A stretch of DNA of 64,000 bases from an uncultured Bacteroidales bacterium (GCA_900316515.1 ONDE01000002.1:139947-203946), one strand, 5' to 3'; shown: positions 51,063-59,227, counted from the first letter of the stretch. Notes: a model not told the origin generated them from the sequence alone. Numbers and translations: made by a program.

Positions 51063-51872
51063 TTATTGGTTCGACATCGAACGGTATAACATAAAAGTAG
51101 TCAGGAGCGAAGCTAAGGAAAGGAATGTCCCTACCAACCCCGTCCAGTATGTGAACTCGTTGCGGAGTACGCCGCCGTTCATGCTTTCGGTTATGATAAA
51201 GTCGTTCTGCTGCATCATGAAGAAGGGGTCGTTGAAGACATCGCTCGACCGGGGGTCAAGGTAGCGCATCACCATCTGTCCGTTCACCTCTCTCATCACA
51301 GCAATCTTGTCGCGGCGTATATAGGGGTCGAGACCGCCAAGCATCGACAGGGCCTCGAGGAATGTGCAACGTTCGTTGGGAATGGTTATAACCTTTCCCG
51401 TGCCGTTGCCGAGGTAGAATATCTTGAAGTTTGCAAAGTGGACATTGACGAATGGGTTGGCGATGTAGCCTTCGGTTCTAAGAATGTCGGCTATGGTGTC
51501 TTGCAGACGAAGCCTGGTAAGACCGGCCACATGTATGTGTCCCAGCGTCGGCATCTCTATGTCGCCGTTCACATCAACCAAGTAGCTGTTGCTCAATCCG
51601 CGCTGATTCTGGCTCTGATTTCCATTCCATGAATTGAACGGGCTGGCAAGTTCGGGTTTGTCGGTACTGGTGATGCTTATCTCCAGCTGGTCGTAAGGGG
51701 CTATGACGGCCTCAAAGCGGTTCTCCAGTTCTATCTGGCTGCCCTGGGTCATGTCTTGCAGGTAGTTGACACGGCGCGAGGTGACGCACGAAGTGAAAAG
51801 AACAGCCATTACAATGCAGAAAAAGGCTGCCTGTATATTTTTATTATATATTATTTCTTTTGTTTGTGTCAT
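51063..51872 (-). CDS. polysaccharide export protein (Wza family)
   Basis: The 269-aa ORF has a Poly_export pattern (YLVDVNGDIEMPTLGHIHVAGLT) and an SLBB-like region. Confidence 0.85.
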   Translation of the reverse strand: MTQTKEIIYNKNIQAAFFCIVMAVLFTSCVTSRRVNYLQDMTQGSQIELENRFEAVIAPYDQLEISITSTDKPELASPFNSWNGNQSQNQRGLSNSYLVDVNGDIEMPTLGHIHVAGLTRLRLQDTIADILRTEGYIANPFVNVHFANFKIFYLGNGTGKVITIPNERCTFLEALSMLGGLDPYIRRDKIAVMREVNGQMVMRYLDPRSSDVFNDPFFMMQQNDFIITESMNGGVLRNEFTYWTGLVGTFLSLASLLTTFMLYRSMSNQ

Positions 51873-51940
51873 ATTGCATTACAAATCACGTTGTTACATA
51901 CAAGATGTAACACGTTGGACGTGCGCAAAGATACGACTTT

Positions 51941-53020
51941 TTATTTATATAATAAAAAGGATGTGATATTTTTAACAATTTTTACAGCAGCGCGGCCATC
52001 GCCAAATTGTGTTGGTTGGCATGGTATATTATCCCATAGCTTGTCTGCGGCATCGACAATCTTCTCTGCATCGGCGTCGGCAAGCAACGCCGCACCGCAG
52101 TCGACAATTTCCGTCCATTCTGTCTCCGGTCGTAGCACCACGCAGCACCGCCCGCAGAAGAATGCCTCTTTCTGTAGCCCGCCGCTGTCGGTCATCACCA
52201 GCACCGAACGCTGCACCGCAGCCAACGTCTCTAGATATGATAGCGGTGCCATCATCTTTATTCTACCCGAGATGGGGGCGTCATCCATGCTTTCAAGTCT
52301 TTTCCTGGTTCTGGGGTGCACAGGGAACAGTACGTCGCAATTGTGTTTTTCGGCAACGTCACAAAGTGCTGTAAGTATGTTCTTTAACCTCTCTGGATGG
52401 TCTGTGTTGAAGTCGCGATGTACCGTGGCTAGAATGCAAGGTCTTTCCCCCTTTTCAGTTGTATTTTGGTGCGGAGCATAATGGCGCACATTGTCGAGCA
52501 TCACGTCGCCGCTGAACACAATGCCTCGTTCGTCAAAACCTTCTTTTCTTAGGTTCTGAACTGCAGTATCGGTCGGGGCAAATAGTAATGACGACACATG
52601 GTCTGTCAGCACTCTGTTCACCTCCTCGGGCATCTCTCTGTTGTACGATCTAAGACCGGCCTCCACGTGGAACACAGGCACGTGCAGTTTAACTGCTGCA
52701 AGCGCTCCTGCCAGTGTCGAGTTGGTGTCGCCATAAACCAGCACCCCATCGTAATGCTCTTTCTGCAGCACATCCTCAATTCCTTTGAGCATCAAGGCTG
52801 TCTGTGCCCCGTGACTGCCCGAACCTACGCCTAGGTTATAACGTGGCTGCGGTATGTCTAGTTCGCGGAAGAACTGTGCCGACATGGCGTCGTCGTAGTG
52901 CTGTCCGGTATGCAGGATATCCTCCTTGACTTCATCGCGCATGTCCCTGATGGCATGGCTGATTGCTGCCGCTTTGATAAACTGGGGCCTTGCACCTACT
53001 ATTGTCAATATTCGTTTCAT
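51941..53020 (-). CDS. wecB: UDP-N-acetylglucosamine 2-epimerase (non-hydrolysing)
   Basis: The 359-aa ORF contains GARPQFIKAA...HTGQHYD...GDTNSTLAGALAA...HVEAGLRS...TDSGGLQKEA. Confidence 0.9.
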   Translation of the reverse strand: MKRILTIVGARPQFIKAAAISHAIRDMRDEVKEDILHTGQHYDDAMSAQFFRELDIPQPRYNLGVGSGSHGAQTALMLKGIEDVLQKEHYDGVLVYGDTNSTLAGALAAVKLHVPVFHVEAGLRSYNREMPEEVNRVLTDHVSSLLFAPTDTAVQNLRKEGFDERGIVFSGDVMLDNVRHYAPHQNTTEKGERPCILATVHRDFNTDHPERLKNILTALCDVAEKHNCDVLFPVHPRTRKRLESMDDAPISGRIKMMAPLSYLETLAAVQRSVLVMTDSGGLQKEAFFCGRCCVVLRPETEWTEIVDCGAALLADADAEKIVDAADKLWDNIPCQPTQFGDGRAAVKIVKNITSFLLYK

Positions 53021-53155
53021 AGTACTCCTTTTATTCCTTGCGTTTACGAGTCAACAAGTCGTAAGTTCTAAAAGTTACAAACTTATAGATTATAAAAGAA
53101 AACTCGCCGACTTATAGACTTTGAGTCTTTTAGTCATTGTATCTTTATGACTCTT

Positions 53156-53977
53156 TTAATATCTGCAGGAGATAAGAATTCTTTTGGCAATGTTCTTAAT
53201 ATTCTGCACCGCGGCTTCTGTCAGCCAGTTTGTGCCGAAAGGCATCCATCGCTGCGGGTGGGTGTTGATTAGGAGGCTGTGGCGGTGTATTGCGTGCGAA
53301 GGGTCTTTGAGGGCACGGATTATGTCATCGGTGGAGTGGAATACAAGCCTCTCATTCATCCACTGCTCTTGATATCGTGGTACCTTGTCACGCACACTCA
53401 CTTTGTACCCGTCCCATCGCCGGCCTGTATCAGTGAGATACAGCGTCTTGCTGAAGTCGGTATCCATCATCGATTCATACTCAATACCAAGCGAGTGTAT
53501 ATCATACCGACTCTTTGACTTTTCGACTTTTTGACTTTTCGCCTTTTCGCCTCTTTGACTTTTTTCCTCTTCTCCTCTTTCCCTCTTCTCCTCCCAGATA
53601 TCCTGGCTGTTCCATGGCGACCTGGGACTGCCGTGGGCGCAGGCGGTGCTGACCGGCACTATCTTTCGGAGCCGTTCCAGATTCTTGCAGAAATCCTCGT
53701 ATGCAGCCTCCATATCACCATTGCATGTGGTCAAACACTCGTAGTGGTATCCAGCTCGATGCCCCAATGCCACTATGGCCTGTATGGTCTCGGCATGACT
53801 GTCGAAATGCATGGCCCTGAAGTAGTATGTCGCTTGCATTCCCGCCGCTGCTTCAATCTTTGCTATGCGTAGCGAATATTCGGGCCTCAGGTCCACGTCG
53901 TGCCTTAGATGGTATACTATACCGCTCTTTTTTACTGCCTCCAGCAACTTCTTGTATTTCTCCAGAGTGAAGTCCAT
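53156..53977 (-). CDS. putative polysaccharide deacetylase-like (CE4/NodB-like) protein with an internal charged low-complexity insert
   Basis: The 273-aa ORF has an HDVD motif near the N-terminus and a conserved-looking His (AHGSPRSPW). The family call is tentative. The insert EEKRERGEEEKSQRGEKAKSQKVEKSKSR maps to 53507-53593. Confidence 0.45.
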   Translation of the reverse strand: MDFTLEKYKKLLEAVKKSGIVYHLRHDVDLRPEYSLRIAKIEAAAGMQATYYFRAMHFDSHAETIQAIVALGHRAGYHYECLTTCNGDMEAAYEDFCKNLERLRKIVPVSTACAHGSPRSPWNSQDIWEEKRERGEEEKSQRGEKAKSQKVEKSKSRYDIHSLGIEYESMMDTDFSKTLYLTDTGRRWDGYKVSVRDKVPRYQEQWMNERLVFHSTDDIIRALKDPSHAIHRHSLLINTHPQRWMPFGTNWLTEAAVQNIKNIAKRILISCRY

Positions 53978-54029
53978 CAGTGTATATTATTGTTCCGCAT
54001 TGTTCTACCCCCCCCTACGGGGTAAAATT

Positions 54030-54340
54030 GCTCCGTAGGAGCTTCCGTTCAATAGCCCATCGCAATAAGATCAAATACCCCTTATGCTCCGTAGGAGCTA
54101 CCGTTCAATAGCCCCATCGCAATAATATCAGATACCCCTTATGCTCCGTTGGAGCTACCGTTCAATAGCCCATCGCGATAAGATCAAGTACCCCTATGCT
54201 CCGTAGGAGCTTCCGTTTAATAGCCCATCGCGATATGATCAAATACCCAATATGCTCCGTTGGAGCTACCGTTCAATAGCCCATCGCCAAAAGATCGAAT
54301 ACCTCTTATGCTCCATAGGAGCTACCGTTCAATAGCCCAC
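54030..54340. repeat. six-unit tandem repeat with a 55-57 bp period (non-coding)
   Basis: Units start at 54030, 54086, 54143, 54198, 54254 and 54310. The consensus is GCTCCGTAGGAGCTACCGTTCAATAGCCCATCGCAATAAGATCAAATACCCCTTAT. Each unit begins with the palindrome GCTCC-GTA-GGAGC. Confidence 0.92.
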
Positions 54341-54341
54341 G

Positions 54342-55394
54342 TCATTTTGCCAATTGTTCTATCTCTCGCGTAAGATAATCTGTCACATCTATTTTTTCGG
54401 CCAGCATACGTTGCCGTCGATCGGCAAACAGCTCCTTTAGGTTTTCGGTCGACAGTAGCTCTTTCACCTTCGAATATAGTACCTCGGGCTGTCTTGGACT
54501 AATGCCGAAAGTAAGCTGATATTTGTGTTCAAGTTCTTCCAACACTCCAATACGACCCGCAAAGTCATTGAAACGTATTGAGGGGGTACCAAGCATGGCG
54601 GCTTCAACGGCCATGCTCTGGCTATCCCCGATATACAGGGTGGCAAAGGCCATAACATGGTGTATGTCAAGTGGGTTTATATTCAGTCGGTATTTCTCAA
54701 ATTGAGGTTCAAGGGGGCGCTCCGAGGTAATGTAGATATTGCCATGTGGGGCCAAGAGATCTATAAGGTTCTGTGCCACTTCTGTACTGATTCCGTGTGC
54801 GGCATTGTCCAAATCGTGGTAAGCATTCAATTTCGCAAATCGAAGTAGGAAATAGGGTTTGGTGGTATCTACGTGTTTTGATGCCGTCTCAAGGCTTGGT
54901 GTGAATTTGTTTGGATGTAGATAGGCAAGTTTGTGATAACCCGCATAATGGATTGTCTTTGGTTCGAGTGGCCCTGTGTTACAGCTATCGGGTGCGTAAT
55001 ACCTTTCTGCAAAAGGTTTTATGAGTTTGATGAGTTGTGGTATGATTGTAGCATCGTCCTCGCCAAGATTAATACGGTGTTTGTGCAAGAGCCAGCCAAT
55101 CTGAGCCACTTCTGCGCTGCATCCCGTGAGTAAATCGATATGGTGTTTTTTCACATAGCACCCCATACGCCACATACGTAGAAGCGTGTCGAATATTATA
55201 CCGACACGATGGCTGCGATGTGCAATAGGTTGGATGTTGGTGTATTGTAAGCCCGAGGCAATCAGCAAGTCCTCAAGAATATCTTTGCTTTTAATCAGGA
55301 TATGCACATCATGACCATCGGCTTTCAGTTGTTTCGCGATGTTCTTGTACAAATGGAAATGAGCTGGATGGCTCATCTGTATCATTACTCTCAT
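54342..55394 (-). CDS. DUF354 domain-containing protein (GT-B/epimerase-like fold)
   Basis: The 350-aa ORF starts MRVMIQMSHPAHFHLYKNIAKQLKADGHDVHIL, which is typical of DUF354. The family call is from memory. Confidence 0.65.
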   Translation of the reverse strand: MRVMIQMSHPAHFHLYKNIAKQLKADGHDVHILIKSKDILEDLLIASGLQYTNIQPIAHRSHRVGIIFDTLLRMWRMGCYVKKHHIDLLTGCSAEVAQIGWLLHKHRINLGEDDATIIPQLIKLIKPFAERYYAPDSCNTGPLEPKTIHYAGYHKLAYLHPNKFTPSLETASKHVDTTKPYFLLRFAKLNAYHDLDNAAHGISTEVAQNLIDLLAPHGNIYITSERPLEPQFEKYRLNINPLDIHHVMAFATLYIGDSQSMAVEAAMLGTPSIRFNDFAGRIGVLEELEHKYQLTFGISPRQPEVLYSKVKELLSTENLKELFADRRQRMLAEKIDVTDYLTREIEQLAK

Positions 55395-55795
55395 TGCAGT
55401 TGTATTAGTGCAGTTCCGTCAATAAGAAGGTCCCCGTTATTGTCGTGAAGGGTGGTGCTCAGCGTTACCCTGTTTTTCTGCCTGTCCATACTGGTCACCG
55501 TTACGGTTGCAACCACTTCGCGGTTGGGATATACAGGTTTGCGGAACGAAAGGTTTTGCGATAGATAGATACTTCCGTCACCGGGCAGGCGAGTGCCTAT
55601 AATGGCGCTGAAGAGTGATGCGCTGAGCATACCAGGCACTATCAACTGGCCAAAACGGCTTTTGCTGGCAAAGGTAGCATCGGTATGCAGAGGATTGGTG
55701 TCAAGCGATAGCGAGGCGAATTGCTTCACTTCTTCGGCAGTGAAACTGCGGTGTATGGAGCAATTCTGCCCGATGTATATTTTGTCGATATTCAT
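55391..55795 (-). CDS. MaoC-like (R)-specific hydratase/dehydratase (hotdog fold)
   Basis: The 134-aa ORF contains FASLSLDTNPLHTD...FGQLIVPGML. Its stop overlaps the DUF354 start by 4 nt (ATGA). Confidence 0.8.
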   Translation of the reverse strand: MNIDKIYIGQNCSIHRSFTAEEVKQFASLSLDTNPLHTDATFASKSRFGQLIVPGMLSASLFSAIIGTRLPGDGSIYLSQNLSFRKPVYPNREVVATVTVTSMDRQKNRVTLSTTLHDNNGDLLIDGTALIQLQ

Positions 55796-56418
55796 TATAT
55801 TCCGTATTTCTCTTTGCGTTCTTTCATCAGTTTGTCAAACTCTTCTTGGGAGTAGTTGTCGCGTAGCTTTTCGGAGAGGTCTTTTATTACTTTTGCAGGA
55901 ACTCCGCCACACAGGGTCATCGGCGGCACGTCTTTGTTCACCAGGCTGTTGCTCGCCACAATGGCACCTTCGCCTATTTCAACCCCGGGCAAGATGGTTA
56001 CGTTTACTGCCACCCAGGCATTGCGGTGTACGACAACTGGTGCTATGTAGGCGGGACTGCAGTTGCGATGGTATTTCAAAGGTTTGTTGTGCGTCAAGAT
56101 TGTTACATTGCCTGCCAGTGATACGCCGTCTTCGATTTTGATGAAATAAGGGTATGGAAGGTCGAGGTTGACAAATGTTCCCAGGTGAACGTCTTTCCCT
56201 ATCTGTACGCCGCGCCAGCGTTGCATCCTTACGCGCAGTTTGTTCCAAGGTGTGGTCTGCGCCCAAACGTTCAAGATGTGATCTTTTAGCCTTATCAGGC
56301 CAAACCATAGCGCTGACTTATAGCCATGTTCTTTGGCCGACATGCGCATGGTGCGCCAAAGCCCTGTTGCCTCGTAGTTGGGCACTTCTTGGCGCTCACG
56401 TTTCAAGTATGCTTTCAT
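55795..56418 (-). CDS. hexapeptide-repeat (LbH) acyl/acetyltransferase
   Basis: The 207-aa ORF contains WVAVNVTILPGVEIGEGAIVASNSLVNKDVPPMTLCGGVPAKVI. Its stop overlaps the MaoC start by 1 nt. Confidence 0.82.
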   Translation of the reverse strand: MKAYLKRERQEVPNYEATGLWRTMRMSAKEHGYKSALWFGLIRLKDHILNVWAQTTPWNKLRVRMQRWRGVQIGKDVHLGTFVNLDLPYPYFIKIEDGVSLAGNVTILTHNKPLKYHRNCSPAYIAPVVVHRNAWVAVNVTILPGVEIGEGAIVASNSLVNKDVPPMTLCGGVPAKVIKDLSEKLRDNYSQEEFDKLMKERKEKYGI

Positions 56419-56426
56419 CTAGTGTG

Positions 56427-57350
56427 TTATAATGAGGAATATAGTGTAATTAATCTTTGTGCTACAGCGGAATTGTCAAGGTTGCGTCCCATAATCACTT
56501 TGCGCCCATTGGTACGGCGGGGGTGGTCGAGAAACGGTGTCAGCGCAGCGGCTAATGCTTCTGCTGTGCTGGCGGTTATAATGCCGGCATCTGCGCCGTC
56601 TATCATCTCGGCCACATCGCCTACGTCGACACTCACAATGGGACACCCACAAGCCATAGCTTCTTTTATCACTTGTGGCGATCCTTCGCTGTGCGATGTC
56701 ATAAGCAGTGCGTCGACAGCATTCATCAGCATGGCTACCTCATTGCGGTTATAGCCCTTGAGCTCCAACAGCAAGACATCGGGCAGAAGGGCGCAGGCGG
56801 CCTTTGCCAGAGTGGCGTTCTTCACGGCGTTGTCGAAGGCCCCCGCAAAAAGTACATATCGACCATTTGACAATAGTCCCATACGCTGGCGCGCCTCGAT
56901 GCGGTCAACGATGGGGAAGTCTCCAAGGTTGATGCCGCAGGGTATGACAGATGAGCGTTTGTTGACGGACGACGAATGCCGAACGGCTATTTCTTTTGTT
57001 CTCTCCGACACGAAGATATTGTGTGCGGCACGCCGCATGGCCATGCGGCTTAATGGCAAGACACGGCTGTCGTTGATGTCGCTGCCATGGTAGGTGACAA
57101 CTACCGGCACCCTGTGCTGCAGCGTGCAGAGCAGGCCACATAGTCCATAATGGGCATGCAGCACGTCGGGCTGGAACTGCCCGATGGCATCTTTCAGCCT
57201 GTGTAGATTGCGCAAATAACCAGAGGCGCCATGTCCTTCTACCTTGAACAGTTCTACATCGCATCCTGCCTGCCGCAGGGCCTCCGCCTGCTCGGCCACA
57301 AACGGCGCCACCCGCCCATGATTCCCGCTAACCACTACCAAGACCTTCAT
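56427..57350 (-). CDS. glycosyltransferase family 4 (GT-B)
   Basis: The 307-aa ORF contains MTSHSEGSPQVIKEAMACGCPIVSVDVGD, an E-x7-E-like region. Confidence 0.85.
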   Translation of the reverse strand: MKVLVVVSGNHGRVAPFVAEQAEALRQAGCDVELFKVEGHGASGYLRNLHRLKDAIGQFQPDVLHAHYGLCGLLCTLQHRVPVVVTYHGSDINDSRVLPLSRMAMRRAAHNIFVSERTKEIAVRHSSSVNKRSSVIPCGINLGDFPIVDRIEARQRMGLLSNGRYVLFAGAFDNAVKNATLAKAACALLPDVLLLELKGYNRNEVAMLMNAVDALLMTSHSEGSPQVIKEAMACGCPIVSVDVGDVAEMIDGADAGIITASTAEALAAALTPFLDHPRRTNGRKVIMGRNLDNSAVAQRLITLYSSL

Positions 57351-57352
57351 GT

Positions 57353-57390
57353 ATATCTCCTAAAGATTTAAAAAGATTTCAAAAGAAAAA
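57353..57390. repeat. left arm of the 38-bp imperfect inverted repeat flanking the GxxExxY gene (junction-motif copy E)
   Basis: ATATCTCCTAAAGATTTAAAAAGATTTCAAAAGAAAAA matches the reverse complement of 57787-57824 at 31/38 positions by hand alignment. Confidence 0.75.
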
Positions 57391-57780
57391 TCATGAATGA
57401 TAGTCTCTGTTTATTATGCGGTGAATTTCTTTTCCAATCCGCATGCTTTCAGCATTGAAATTGATAAGATATCCTAAAGGTTTGTTTGCTAGTTTCAAGT
57501 ATGTGCGCAGTTGTTTGAAATGAACCTTTTCAAGTTGTGATACTGACTTCAACTCAAGTATGATTGTGTCTTCTACGAGTATGTCAATGCGAAATCCAAC
57601 CCCGAGATTAGAACCAGAATACATAATGTCGATTGGGACCTCTTCCTCTGCCAGAAGGATTTCGTTGTCTAGTTCTATCATAAGGGCTTTTTTATAAACA
57701 GACTCAAGCAGCCCAGGGCCTAAATTGTTGTGTACGCGCATTATGCATCCAATAATCTTGTAGGCTAATTCATCGTACAT
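57391..57780 (-). CDS. GxxExxY protein (PD-(D/E)XK nuclease-like superfamily)
   Basis: The 129-aa ORF has the GLLESVY motif, then ...DILVEDTIILELKSV... It is visibly more AT-rich than the flanking genes. Confidence 0.85.
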   Translation of the reverse strand: MYDELAYKIIGCIMRVHNNLGPGLLESVYKKALMIELDNEILLAEEEVPIDIMYSGSNLGVGFRIDILVEDTIILELKSVSQLEKVHFKQLRTYLKLANKPLGYLINFNAESMRIGKEIHRIINRDYHS

Positions 57781-57786
57781 AATACC

Positions 57787-57824
57787 CTTTTCTTTTATAA
57801 TCTTTTACAATCTGAAGGAGATAT
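57787..57824. repeat. right arm of the 38-bp imperfect inverted repeat (junction-motif copy B)
   Basis: The plus-strand sequence is ...TCTTTTATAATCTTTTACAATCTGAAGGAGATAT. It overlaps the stop codon of the upstream membrane-protein gene. Confidence 0.75.
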
Positions 57825-59227
57825 CATAGCAGCCCGCGGCTGCCGACCTTGAAATACGCCCATGCCACAGCCATCACGGGCACCACATAATACCATATCT
57901 TGACGAATCGGTAGTTCTTGGCATTCAGCAATGTCATGCCGTATGCTGCCATTATGAGCAGCACGGGAAGTCCTGGCAGCAGGAATCGCTCCGAGTTGGA
58001 GAATCCGCTGACGGATATGATGCCTAGATATGCAATCACGAACGATCCAATCAGACTTAGGTTGCGCCAGTTCTTGGTGACGAAGATGGCACTGAATACG
58101 GCTATGAGCACGAAGGCGCCGAAGAAGTTGCGCACGTAGTTTCCGCCACTCATGATCTGCTGGTTGTATTGCTCGTCCACATCCACCATCGTCGGGAATG
58201 GCAGCACGAACATCATGGGCGCCATCACTGTGCCTGTAGCGTATTTGGCCCATTGGTTGCCACGTACCGTCTGTTGGTGGCGTTTTATGCTTTGGTTCTC
58301 GCCGCGATCTTCCCACAATCCATCCACCTCGTTCATGATGGTGCCGCCGGTCAGCATGGTGGCGGCGAGCACACCCCAGGCGATGAGCATTATGCGCTTG
58401 GTGCGGCCTATAACACTTGTGTTGGTAAAAACAATGGCTGTGACAACAGAGAAGACAGCTGCGGCACCGAGAACAGTGCGGAACGTGAAAAGGCTTGCTG
58501 CCAATAGGATGGGTATGGCAATAGTGAAGACATTGTACTTGCGGCTTCGCAGCAGGTAGTCTGCTCTTTCAAGGAAGGCCACCATCAGGAACAGCATCTC
58601 GGTCTCTTTCAGGTGCAGTCCGCAGTAGATGATTAGGTTGGGCATGAAGCAGGCGAATATGGCAGCCAGCCGTCCACCCTCTTCTCCTATATTGCGTTTG
58701 GCCAGGAAGTATAATAGCACTACTGTGGCTGTGCTTATGAGAGCCTTGATGACACGGGTCAGGAAAATATTGGGGCCGATTACCTTGTAGAGGTATGTGA
58801 GGTAGAATACATAGCCTGAATCCGAGACTGTACTTCTGGAGGTGAAGAGGTAGTCTTTGATGACAGGCCAACGCTCTGTTGAAAGCCATGCGGCATCACC
58901 CCAGTAACCCATGGAATCGGCAGCAGCAAACTCAAAAGGAGCCCCCGTTTTTATAAGGTAGAAGAAGTAACTGAAGATAACCCATACAATCCTTAATCCA
59001 AGGGCGACGAGCACCAAGTTACGTATAAGTTTCTTTTCTGGTATGTCTTGCCATTTCTTGCTGCAGTATGTGGTGAGTAGGAAAAAACCTACCACCCACA
59101 CTATGCCCATGATGATGAAAGTGGGCGACATGGCAAAACGGTAGAAAAGCAACGATACTGCTGCCAGTGCGCCAAGATACAAGTATATGGCCTTTGAGGA
59201 TATCTGTTTTGGAAAGAACGGAACCAT
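57824..59227 (-). CDS. polytopic membrane protein (O-antigen polymerase or GT-C-like; function uncertain)
   Basis: The 467-aa ORF has at least 10 predicted hydrophobic segments and sits in the polysaccharide locus. I cannot tell Wzy from a GT-C fold by eye. Confidence 0.55.
   Translation of the reverse strand: MVPFFPKQISSKAIYLYLGALAAVSLLFYRFAMSPTFIIMGIVWVVGFFLLTTYCSKKWQDIPEKKLIRNLVLVALGLRIVWVIFSYFFYLIKTGAPFEFAAADSMGYWGDAAWLSTERWPVIKDYLFTSRSTVSDSGYVFYLTYLYKVIGPNIFLTRVIKALISTATVVLLYFLAKRNIGEEGGRLAAIFACFMPNLIIYCGLHLKETEMLFLMVAFLERADYLLRSRKYNVFTIAIPILLAASLFTFRTVLGAAAVFSVVTAIVFTNTSVIGRTKRIMLIAWGVLAATMLTGGTIMNEVDGLWEDRGENQSIKRHQQTVRGNQWAKYATGTVMAPMMFVLPFPTMVDVDEQYNQQIMSGGNYVRNFFGAFVLIAVFSAIFVTKNWRNLSLIGSFVIAYLGIISVSGFSNSERFLLPGLPVLLIMAAYGMTLLNAKNYRFVKIWYYVVPVMAVAWAYFKVGSRGLL

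Noticed and set aside
54030-54340. Possible CRISPR array (regularly spaced repeats with a palindromic core)
   Set aside because: The entire 55-57 bp unit is conserved from copy to copy, so there are no unique spacers. No cas genes or leader are present, and the array sits inside a polysaccharide operon. I called it a tandem repeat instead.
57353-57824. Bacteroides-style invertible promoter (fin/Mpi-type switch)
   Set aside because: The inverted repeats enclose a complete ORF rather than a promoter fragment. I see no TAnnTTTG box between the arms oriented to drive the flanking genes, and no serine or tyrosine recombinase is in the window. I kept it as one hypothesis within the finding, not as a feature.
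57795-58316. 173-aa ORF overlapping the 3' half of the membrane-protein gene
   Set aside because: It is an alternative frame of the 467-aa polytopic membrane protein. Its product is Arg/Gly-rich and non-hydrophobic. Its last codons simply read through junction motif B.
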